Source: Chloroflexota bacterium
GTDB lineage: Bacteria; Chloroflexota; Anaerolineae; Anaerolineales; UBA11858
Assembly (NCBI GenBank): GCA_018648225.1
Contig: JABGRQ010000077.1
Span: 1,066-65,065 of the forward strand
DNA: 64,000 nt
Direction of reading: 5' to 3'
Under the pieces are notes generated by a model. It was given only the letters and a program-made list of their open reading frames with translations, was not told where the DNA came from and searched no databases. This document shows, in pieces, positions 37,710-45,969 of the stretch. Each line of letters opens with the position of its first letter. Within the stretch, counting starts at the first letter, position 1. The translations under genes were made by a program, and so were the position numbers.

Positions 37710-39421
37710 TGGAACGCACGGTGCCGTACACTGCTTCCGAAGAAGTGGAACTTTATTTGCGCACGTATTATTCGCTGCTACGTTCCACTTCGGATGTGCA
37801 AATTCGCACGCTGGAGGAAGTCCATTCGGCGACAAATTCGCTACTACACCCTGGTGCGCGTTCTGAAGCCCCAGACCTTTCAGCCTTTATTTACAGCATT
37901 TTGCGCCTGCCCGCTTGTATTCAGCAGGTCAACACGGTGATTTTGGGGCAAAGCTCCGAAGTTTTTCGGCGTGAAGGTGTTGGCGATGTTGAAAGCTGGC
38001 AACACGTTGCCGCCCGGGCGCGCCGCCGCCGCTGTTATTTTGATGGCGATGAAACCCTGGCTTGTATTATTGCCAGCGGGTCTGATATCGACGATGTTGT
38101 GCCGCTGCTGACCGCTTATCAAATCGAATGGCGCAAGTTATACCGTCTGCTGCGCCAACTGCCCGAATCGATTGCGCTGCGCGAGGCTGAAAACAGCCCG
38201 GTGGTTTTCAACGAATTGGCCGCCGCGCTGGCAATGGATGTGGAAGATCTAGCCCGCCTGCGATTGGTGTGGGGGGCGTCTTTCATCCCTAATTTGGAAC
38301 ATATCGCCCAATCTTCGCGGCGCTTGCAAATTCGTTTGTTAAGTGGCACGCTCAGCGAGTATCGCCGGGCGACTCATGCTTGGTGGGAAAATATCGAACG
38401 TGCGTTTCCATCTGTCCGAGAGCGGCCTGTGTATTTCGTTTCGAGTAATACGCATAGTTTGGTCAATCTTGTTTCGGGTTTTGCTTTGCGGCAGCGAGAA
38501 GGACTGGCTCGCTATTTAGAAGAGACCGACGACGCGGATCTGGCTCGTGAGTGGCACGATATTCAGGCGCAAAATGTGCTATCGAGCCAGGAAAATTTTC
38601 TATATTATGTGATGAAAAAATTCATGCAAACTCCACAAGGCGCGGAACTCCATCAGATGCGCCGTGAGTATGAACACTCGGTTGGGGTTTGGCGCGTGGA
38701 TAGCTCGCATTATTTTGATGTGGATGCGCAGATCATCGAATTATCCAAAGTGAATACCGCCTGGATGGATCCGCGTATTTGTGACCCGCAGTTGACTGCT
38801 CTTGCCAGTAGCGACGCGTTGATTTTAAATATTGACTATCCCCTGGGGATGGCCGCCTATAATATTCTCACTGAGATCGCCACTCATGCCGGAGATGTGC
38901 TGGGGGTGTATATTATGGGGAAAGCTGCCACCCTCAATGGCGTCATTGGCGATGTGATGCTCCCCACTGTGATTCACGATGAACACCATCGCAATACGTT
39001 TATTGTTCCCAACGCTTTCAAGGCTGCCGATGTCGCACCTTATCTAGTCTACGGCACTGTACTCGATAATCAAAAAGCCGTTACTGTACGGGGAACTTTT
39101 TTGCAGAATGCCACCTATATGGATGTTTTCTACCGTGAGGGCTATACCGATATTGAGATGGAGGCCGGGCCGTATCTCTCGGCAATTTATGAGATGTATC
39201 GCCCCAAGCGTCATCCGATGGATGAGATTATTTATTTGCAGCAATTGCCCTTTGATTTTGGAGTGTTGCACTACGCTTCAGATACGCCCTTGAGCAAAGG
39301 CAAAAATCTGGGCGCAAGTTCGCTTTCCTATTTTGGCATGGACCCGACCTATGCGACTTCACTGGCGATTTTGCGCCGTATCTTGAAACTGGAGCAAAAT
39401 CGCATTTCAACTTACGTATAA
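37709..39421 (+). CDS. Uncharacterised protein: ~365-aa unknown N-terminal region + C-terminal nucleoside phosphorylase/nucleosidase-like (PNP_UDP_1-like) domain
   Basis: The ATG overlaps the DMT gene's TGA. The C-terminal region has LILNIDYPLGMAAYN, IMGKAATLNG and YTDIEMEAGPY, resembling phosphorylase-superfamily motifs. Confidence 0.6.
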   Translation: MERTVPYTASEEVELYLRTYYSLLRSTSDVQIRTLEEVHSATNSLLHPGARSEAPDLSAFIYSILRLPACIQQVNTVILGQSSEVFRREGVGDVESWQHVAARARRRRCYFDGDETLACIIASGSDIDDVVPLLTAYQIEWRKLYRLLRQLPESIALREAENSPVVFNELAAALAMDVEDLARLRLVWGASFIPNLEHIAQSSRRLQIRLLSGTLSEYRRATHAWWENIERAFPSVRERPVYFVSSNTHSLVNLVSGFALRQREGLARYLEETDDADLAREWHDIQAQNVLSSQENFLYYVMKKFMQTPQGAELHQMRREYEHSVGVWRVDSSHYFDVDAQIIELSKVNTAWMDPRICDPQLTALASSDALILNIDYPLGMAAYNILTEIATHAGDVLGVYIMGKAATLNGVIGDVMLPTVIHDEHHRNTFIVPNAFKAADVAPYLVYGTVLDNQKAVTVRGTFLQNATYMDVFYREGYTDIEMEAGPYLSAIYEMYRPKRHPMDEIIYLQQLPFDFGVLHYASDTPLSKGKNLGASSLSYFGMDPTYATSLAILRRILKLEQNRISTYV

Positions 39422-39437
39422 TGATTACAAAGAACCG

Positions 39438-39489
39438 CGGATAAACGCTGATACACGCGGATGAAACGACAAACAATCAGCGTTTATCC
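39438..39489. repeat. CGCGGAT-word hairpin inside the XDH set 3 operon
   Basis: GGATAAACGCTGAT - 23-nt loop - ATCAGCGTTTATCC is a perfect 14-bp stem. The loop repeats the word CGCGGATGAA. Confidence 0.7.
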
Positions 39490-39528
39490 GTGTTCATCTG
39501 TGGTTTCTTGAAAGCAAAAGGAAATACT

Positions 39529-41721
39529 ATGACTGCCGTTGGAAAATCTGTTAAACGATTGGATGTGCAAGATAAAGTTGCTGGCTCGGCATTATATCCC
39601 GGCGATCTCAGCCGCCCCGGCCAGGCCTATATGAAAATTCTCTTCGCCGGACGTCCCCATGCGCGCATCCGCGCCATCGATACGCGTAAGGCCGAGGCGC
39701 TGGAGGGTGTGATTGCAGTTTTCACCGCCAAAGATGTGCCTGTCAACGAGTATGGCCTGATTGAATCCGACCAGCCGGTGCTCTGTGGCCCAGGTTCGCC
39801 AAAACTTTTTACAGACCGTGTGCGTTTTATTGGCGACCAGGTTGCTTTGGTAGTTGCCGAGAGTGAAGCTATCGCTGCGCATGCTCGCGACTTAATTCAG
39901 GTTGACTTCGAAGATTTGCCCGTCGTCACCGATGCCGTCAAAGCCATGCAGGACGAAGCAACATGGCTGCACCCTGAACGCGAAAGCAATATTATGGTGC
40001 ATTACCGTATTCGTAAGGGAGATGTTGAAAATGGATTCTCAAAGGCGGATGTCATCATCGAGGGGGAGTATCACACTCCGGTGCAGGAACACGCCTTTCT
40101 CCAGCCCGAGGCCGGTTTGGCCTATATCGATGAGGCCGGACGTGTCACGGTAGAAGTCGCCGGGCAGTGGATTCACGAGGAGCGCGAGCAAATTGCCCAC
40201 GCCCTCGGCATCCCCGAAGAGCAGGTGCGCGTCATCCACCCGGCCATCGGCGGCGCATTTGGCGGGCGTGAAGATATGTCTGTGCAGATTGTGCTGGCGC
40301 TGGCGGTTTGGCGTTTGCACCAACGCGGCATCAATCGGGCGGTAAAAATCGTTTGGAGCCGCGAAGAATCGATGATCGGGCATCACAAACGCCACGAGTA
40401 CATCATTCGCACGCGTTGGGGCGCCAGTAAAGAGGGTAAGATTTTGGCCGCAGATGTTGAAGTGATTGCCAATGGTGGGGCATATATTTACACCAGCGGC
40501 AAGGTGCTCGGTAATGCCACCCTGATGTGTACCGGACCCTATGAAATTCCCAACGTCAAAGTTGATTCGTATGCTGTTTACACTAACAATATTCCCGGTG
40601 GGGCTTTCCGCGGTTTTGGCGGCCCGCAAGGCGCTTTTGCCGCCGAATCGCAGATGAACAAACTTGCTGAAGCTCTGGGGATAGACCCGGTTGAGCTACG
40701 CCGCCGCAATGTGGTCCATGAAGGCTCGCTGCTCTCGGTCAATTCGCCGCTGCCAAAGGGTGTCTCCATGCCCGAAGTGGTGGAGAGATGCGCTCAAGAA
40801 GCTGGCTGGGAGGACCGTAAACCATCCCTCGTCACCGGTCTTACGTCCACCGTTCGCGGTCGCGGTTTCGCTTGTGGCTTCAAAAATGTTGGTTTTTCCT
40901 TCGGCGCGCCGGAGAATTCCTGGGCAACCGTGGAACTCTATGGCGATGCGACGATTGAGCGCGTAATTATACGCCATGCCGCCGCTGAGGTTGGACAGGG
41001 AACCCATTCGGCGATCATTCAAATGACCGCTGAAGCTGTCGGCGTGCCCTTTGCGATGGTTGAACTCATTTCTGCCGACTCTGTCGAAACCGATAACTCC
41101 GGCAGCGTTTCAGCCTCGCGTATGACCTTTATGGCGGGCAATGCCGTCAAGGGAGCCGCGGAACGCGCCCTCGAAAAATGGCAGGCCGAAGAGCGTCCGG
41201 CCATCTCGCGTTATCAATATCGTCCTCCGGCGACTACGCCCTATCACCCCGAAACTGGCGAATGCGACCCCAATTTTGCCTATGGCTATGTAGCCCAGGC
41301 CGTGGAACTCGAACTCGATACCGAAACCGGCCAAATCCGTCTTTTGGATGTGATCTCAACCAATGATGTGGGTAAGGCGATCAATCCCCAGCAGGTTGTT
41401 GGGCAGATTGAAGGCGCGGTTGTGCAGGCCGCCGGATATGTTGTGCTCGAAGATTTTGTTCAGAAAGATGGCTATACCCTCACCCCGCATCTTTCCACCT
41501 ATCTTATTCCTGGTGTACTCGATATTCCCGATAATGTCAATTCGGTTGTTGTCGAATATGCCGACCCCATCGGTCCGTTTGGCGCGCGCGGCATGGGCGA
41601 AATGCCCTATATCCCCCTGGCGCCTGCCATCACTGCCGCTCTTCACGATGCTACTGGCGTCTGGTTCGACGACTTCCCCCTCACCCCGGAGCGCGTCCTT
41701 AAGGGTTTGGGAAAAATTTAG
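39529..41721 (+). CDS. XDH-family molybdopterin-binding (large) subunit, set 3
   Basis: ATG at 39529. GGAFGGRED, FRGFGGPQG and GARGMGE motifs, the closest of the three sets to canonical xanthine dehydrogenase. Confidence 0.9.
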   Translation: MTAVGKSVKRLDVQDKVAGSALYPGDLSRPGQAYMKILFAGRPHARIRAIDTRKAEALEGVIAVFTAKDVPVNEYGLIESDQPVLCGPGSPKLFTDRVRFIGDQVALVVAESEAIAAHARDLIQVDFEDLPVVTDAVKAMQDEATWLHPERESNIMVHYRIRKGDVENGFSKADVIIEGEYHTPVQEHAFLQPEAGLAYIDEAGRVTVEVAGQWIHEEREQIAHALGIPEEQVRVIHPAIGGAFGGREDMSVQIVLALAVWRLHQRGINRAVKIVWSREESMIGHHKRHEYIIRTRWGASKEGKILAADVEVIANGGAYIYTSGKVLGNATLMCTGPYEIPNVKVDSYAVYTNNIPGGAFRGFGGPQGAFAAESQMNKLAEALGIDPVELRRRNVVHEGSLLSVNSPLPKGVSMPEVVERCAQEAGWEDRKPSLVTGLTSTVRGRGFACGFKNVGFSFGAPENSWATVELYGDATIERVIIRHAAAEVGQGTHSAIIQMTAEAVGVPFAMVELISADSVETDNSGSVSASRMTFMAGNAVKGAAERALEKWQAEERPAISRYQYRPPATTPYHPETGECDPNFAYGYVAQAVELELDTETGQIRLLDVISTNDVGKAINPQQVVGQIEGAVVQAAGYVVLEDFVQKDGYTLTPHLSTYLIPGVLDIPDNVNSVVVEYADPIGPFGARGMGEMPYIPLAPAITAALHDATGVWFDDFPLTPERVLKGLGKI

Positions 41722-41788
41722 TATATGAATTAGGAAGCCGGGAAATCAGGAAAAGGAACTTCTTGACTTCCTGGTTTCCTAATAAACA

Positions 41789-42673
41789 ATGTCCTTTCCC
41801 TACTTTACCGAAACCCTCACTCTCGATGCCGCCGCCCGCGCCACGCTCCCCGGCGAATTCGTTCAACTCTCCGCTGGTTTCACGCATTACGAGTTGAGCG
41901 GCCCTGCCGACGCCCCCTTAGTCGTGCTGGTGCATGGTTTCTCCGTGCCGTACTTCATCTGGCAGCCCACTTTCGAATTTCTCACTCAATCGGGTTATCG
42001 CGTTTTGCGTTATGACCTTTACGGGCGGGGATATTCCGACCGGCCGCGCACGTGCTACGATCTGGATTTGTTCGACCGACAGTTATTGGAACTGATCGAC
42101 GCGCTGGAACTTCGGACTCCTTTCAGGTTGATCGGCCTCTCCATGGGAGGCGTCATCGCTGCTAATTTTTTGCGCCGTCACAAAGAATGCCTCTCGAAGT
42201 TGATTCTGGTAGACCCGGCAGGATTCCCTATGCCGCGCACATGGTATTTCAACCTGATCTTGCTCCCTGGCATGGGTGAACTTTTCTTTGGCTTGCTTGG
42301 GGACGGGATGCTGCTCAAAAGCATGGCCAGCGATTTTTACGACCCGCAGCAGATAGAACACTTTAATGCCCGCTATCGTCCACAGATGCGCTATCAGGGC
42401 TTCAAACGTGCATTGCTCTCCACCTTGCGCGCCGAGATGCTCACAAACCAGAGTGCTGTCTACCGTGCCGTTGGGCAGATGGATACCCCTGTGCAACTCA
42501 TCTGGGGTAAGCAAGATACCACTGTGCCTTATAAATTCAGCGCCGACCTGATGCAGATGATTCCCCGCGCCGTGTTTCATACCATCGAAGATGCCGGGCA
42601 TATCCCGCATTACGAACGACCGGAGGAAGTCAACCCGTTGATGATTGAGTTTTTGCAATCATGCCATTCATAA
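41789..42673 (+). CDS. Alpha/beta-fold hydrolase
   Basis: VLVHGF, the nucleophile elbow GLSMGG, and C-terminal AGHIPHYERPEE. Confidence 0.8.
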   Translation: MSFPYFTETLTLDAAARATLPGEFVQLSAGFTHYELSGPADAPLVVLVHGFSVPYFIWQPTFEFLTQSGYRVLRYDLYGRGYSDRPRTCYDLDLFDRQLLELIDALELRTPFRLIGLSMGGVIAANFLRRHKECLSKLILVDPAGFPMPRTWYFNLILLPGMGELFFGLLGDGMLLKSMASDFYDPQQIEHFNARYRPQMRYQGFKRALLSTLRAEMLTNQSAVYRAVGQMDTPVQLIWGKQDTTVPYKFSADLMQMIPRAVFHTIEDAGHIPHYERPEEVNPLMIEFLQSCHS

Positions 42674-42706
42674 CTTGACCCCCGCATTTCCCAGGATTAC
42701 AATTCT

Positions 42707-42721
42707 AGTTGTCTGACAACT
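42707..42721. promoter_or_regulatory. Candidate operator palindrome upstream of the SHMT-GcvT gene
   Basis: AGTTGTC-T-GACAACT is a perfect 7-1-7 palindrome. Three TTGAC words lie within the 96-bp spacer. Confidence 0.35.
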
Positions 42722-42769
42722 AACTATTTTGACTAACTGACAATTTGACCCACGAACCAGGAGCACTCC

Positions 42770-45700
42770 ATGTCCGACTTTCTCTTCCGCGGTACCATTG
42801 CCGATTTAGACCCCAAACTTGCTGATTTAACCGAAATTGAAGCCGAGCGCCAATATCGCAAGCTAATTTTGATCCCTAGCGAAAGTACTTCGCCGATGGC
42901 TGTGCGCGAAGCCCTCTCGACAGCCTTCCACAATATTTACGCCGAAGGCTATCCCTCCGAGCACACCCGCTGGCAAACCGAAGACGAAATCTTCGATTAT
43001 GACAACCGTCTCGCTGAAGATCGCCGCTATTCCGATCCGCGCTACTACAAAGGCGTGGAATACGCCAACGTGGTCGAAGCGCTGGCGCGCCGCCGCTGTG
43101 CCGAAGCCTTCGCCGCTACTGCCGAAGGTGTTGATGCCGATGATGTCTACGTTAACGTGCAGGCGCTCTCTGGCGGCCCGGCCAATAACGCCGTGTATCA
43201 CGCCCTCGTGCAGCCCGGCGATACCGTCATGGGCATGGATTTGCTCTTCGGCGGTCACCTGTCGCACGGTTCGCGTGTCAACCGTTCGGGCAAATACTAT
43301 AATATTGTCTCCTATTCGATTGACCCTGAAACTGAGCAAATCAATTACGATAACGTTGAAGCCATCGCCCTCGAGCACAAGCCCAAGATGATTATTGCCG
43401 GGGTCTCATCTTACCCCTGGCAGATTGACTGGAAACGCTTCCGCGAAATCGCCGACAAAGTTGGCGCATACCTGCTTACCGACATTGCCCACGTCGCTGG
43501 GCTGGTGGCCGCGGGTGTCTACCCCTCCCCGGTGGGCATCGCCGATGTGGTCTCATCCACCACGCACAAGACCCTCAACGGGCCGCGCGGCGCCATCCTG
43601 ATGACCACTGACCCCGTCATCGCCCGCAAACTCGACCGCGCCGTCTTTCCTGGTGAGCAAGGCGGGCCGCATGTTAATGTTTTCGCGGCCATGGCGCTGG
43701 CCTTCAAGATTGCTCAAACGGATCAATTTAAAGAGTTACAAACCCAGGTCGTGGCGAACTGCAAAGCCTTCACCGACCGCCTTGCTGAGCGCGGCTTCAC
43801 AATCCCCTTTGGCGGCACCAATACGCACCTGATGAATCTCGATACCAAATCCATCAAGGGCGCGGGTGGTGCCACCCTCAGCGGTGATCTGGCGGCTCGC
43901 CTACTCGATCTGGCGGGCATTACCACCAATCGCAACACCATCCCTGGCGACCGCTCGGCGCTGCGTCCTTCGGGCGTGCGCATGGGTATGCCCTGGGTCA
44001 CGCAGCGCGGCTTCAAGGAAAAAGAATCCATCGCCCTGGCCGATGCCATAGCCGATATTCTTTTGGCAGCCACGCCTTATTATCAGGGCAAGGCGCTGCG
44101 TGCCAAAGTTGATTTCGAAGCTTTCCAGAACGCCAAACTCAAAGTGCGTGAGCTTTCCACGCTGGCCGGGATTGACTTTGAACCCGGTTCGGCTGGGTAT
44201 CCGCATTTTTATTATTTGGATGATGAATATTCTGGCGACGTGGTGGCCTTCGATTTGGGCGGGGAACGCGTCCGGCAGTTTTTACACACCGTCATGGCGA
44301 GTGACGTGGACTCGCTCGGTGTGGGTGAGGCGCACTTCACGCGCTTTACTGCCCCCGGCGGCGAGATTCTCGCCACCCTGCGCTGCCTGGAATCGAAACT
44401 CTATCGCCTGAGCGTACCGGGCGAAAAGGCCGCTCTCACCGCCGCGTGGCTGCGCGATCTTTCGGATGGCTATGTCAAGTTTGATGACGACCTGCTGCGC
44501 AAAGTGCAGGGTCCGGTTTGGGTACGGCACTCCACCCAGCAGGCAGATGAACTTCCTGTCGCGGGTGTAGAAATCCCTGACAGTGGCAAACCTTGGTTTA
44601 TCGGCGTCACCTCCGGGGCTGGCGATCCTTTACCCGAATTCAAATGGGAAGAGAAAGAAGGCCCGATCCGCCGCACTTCGATTTATGATTTGCACGTTGA
44701 ATTGGGCGGGCGTATGGTTCCGTTTGCCGGGTGGGAAATGCCCGTGCGCTACGGCTCGGTGATGGAAGAGCACATGGCCGTGCGTGAAGCCGCCGGGATT
44801 TTCGACGCCGCCCACATGGGCGTGTATCAGGCCGAAGGCCCCGAAGCAGCGGCCTTTTTAGACAGCGTGTGTGGCAACGATGTCACTTCGTTGGGCGTGG
44901 GCCAATCGCTGTATACGCATTTCCTGACCCCCGATGCCGAAGTGATCGACGATCTGCTGATCTATCGCCGCGCAGATGAAGTCTATCTGGTGGTGGTCAA
45001 CGCCTCCAATGACGATAAAGACTGGGCCTGGCTCAACGCTGTGCGGGAGGGCAAAGTGAAAATTGACAACGCCCGCCCGTGGGCGCTGGCCTTTGGCCGC
45101 GGCGTGAACTTGCGCAACCTGCGCGACCCCAAGGAAGGCGCAGATATGCGTGTAGACATTCCTCTACAAGGCCCGCGCTCGCGCGACATTCTGCTGGCAA
45201 TGGGCGTGAGCGATGCCGACCGCAAGAAAATTATGAAACTCAAGCGCACCGAGTTGTGTGATGCCGTAGTCGGAGGGATTGATTTAATCGTCTCTCGCAC
45301 CGGTTACACCGGCGAAAAGATGGCCTTTGAATTGTTTGTACATCCCGACAAAGCCCAGGAACTCTTTAGAAAACTACTCGAAATTGGCAAGCCTTTTGGC
45401 CTGGTTCCGGTTGGTTTGGGTGCGCGCGATTCGCTGCGCACGGAAGCTGGTCTGCCGCTTTACGGCCACGAAATGGCTGGCGATTTAGGCAACGGTGTCG
45501 CCGAAGGCGGTTTTGGTTCTTATGTGAAGACCTATAAGCCATGGTTCATCGGGCGTGATTCTTTCCTGGCTCGTGAAGCCAAACGCAAGGGTATTGTGGT
45601 GCGCTTCCGCTTCGATGAGCAGCGCGTGCGCATGGCGCATCCCGGCGATCCGGTGGTAGATGACAAAGGGCGCGTGATTGGCACGGTCACAAGCTGCGCC

Positions 45701-45886
45701 GCGGATAGCGAAGGTTATTTGCTCGGTCAGGCTTTTGTGGATATGAAGTTCGCCAAGATGGATACGAAAATTTTCATCTATCAGGGTGCTCCGGACAAAG
45801 CCAGTAAATCGCCTGCTGAGTTGAGTGCGGGTGACCGCGTAACATTACCCGGCGCGGCAACGGTTTTGCGCCGCTTCCCGAAATAA
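42770..45886 (+). CDS. Fusion protein: serine hydroxymethyltransferase-like (N) - ~200-aa middle region - aminomethyltransferase / glycine-cleavage T protein (C)
   Basis: AGGAG RBS. SHMT motifs LIPSESTSP, YAEGYP and SSTTHKTLNGPRG. T-protein motifs IYDLHVELGGRMVPFAGWEMPVRY, AVREAAGIFDAAHMG and GARDSLRTEAGLPLYGHE. It is a single uninterrupted 1,038-codon ORF. Confidence 0.85.
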   Translation: MSDFLFRGTIADLDPKLADLTEIEAERQYRKLILIPSESTSPMAVREALSTAFHNIYAEGYPSEHTRWQTEDEIFDYDNRLAEDRRYSDPRYYKGVEYANVVEALARRRCAEAFAATAEGVDADDVYVNVQALSGGPANNAVYHALVQPGDTVMGMDLLFGGHLSHGSRVNRSGKYYNIVSYSIDPETEQINYDNVEAIALEHKPKMIIAGVSSYPWQIDWKRFREIADKVGAYLLTDIAHVAGLVAAGVYPSPVGIADVVSSTTHKTLNGPRGAILMTTDPVIARKLDRAVFPGEQGGPHVNVFAAMALAFKIAQTDQFKELQTQVVANCKAFTDRLAERGFTIPFGGTNTHLMNLDTKSIKGAGGATLSGDLAARLLDLAGITTNRNTIPGDRSALRPSGVRMGMPWVTQRGFKEKESIALADAIADILLAATPYYQGKALRAKVDFEAFQNAKLKVRELSTLAGIDFEPGSAGYPHFYYLDDEYSGDVVAFDLGGERVRQFLHTVMASDVDSLGVGEAHFTRFTAPGGEILATLRCLESKLYRLSVPGEKAALTAAWLRDLSDGYVKFDDDLLRKVQGPVWVRHSTQQADELPVAGVEIPDSGKPWFIGVTSGAGDPLPEFKWEEKEGPIRRTSIYDLHVELGGRMVPFAGWEMPVRYGSVMEEHMAVREAAGIFDAAHMGVYQAEGPEAAAFLDSVCGNDVTSLGVGQSLYTHFLTPDAEVIDDLLIYRRADEVYLVVVNASNDDKDWAWLNAVREGKVKIDNARPWALAFGRGVNLRNLRDPKEGADMRVDIPLQGPRSRDILLAMGVSDADRKKIMKLKRTELCDAVVGGIDLIVSRTGYTGEKMAFELFVHPDKAQELFRKLLEIGKPFGLVPVGLGARDSLRTEAGLPLYGHEMAGDLGNGVAEGGFGSYVKTYKPWFIGRDSFLAREAKRKGIVVRFRFDEQRVRMAHPGDPVVDDKGRVIGTVTSCAADSEGYLLGQAFVDMKFAKMDTKIFIYQGAPDKASKSPAELSAGDRVTLPGAATVLRRFPK

Positions 45887-45894
45887 TGAATAGT

Positions 45895-45956
45895 AGACCT
45901 CCGAGGTTTTCGCGAAGCACTTCAAGTGTCGCGAAGAAGCAAAACCTCGGAGGTCT
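45895..45956. repeat. AGACCTCCGAG-family hairpin (terminator-like), copy A
   Basis: AGACCTCCGAGGTTTT...AAAACCTCGGAGGTCT is a perfect 16-bp stem with an inner CTTC...GAAG stem. Confidence 0.8.
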
Positions 45957-45969
45957 TGATTTATTCTGA

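Noticed and set aside
42674-42769. THF, ZTP (pfl) or glycine riboswitch upstream of the SHMT-GcvT fusion
   Set aside because: The spacer is only 96 nt and AT-rich with TTGAC words. I could find none of the conserved cores (GGAGAG/CACCGAAGGGGCAA for glycine, CCGCCTGGGC-type pseudoknot for ZTP).
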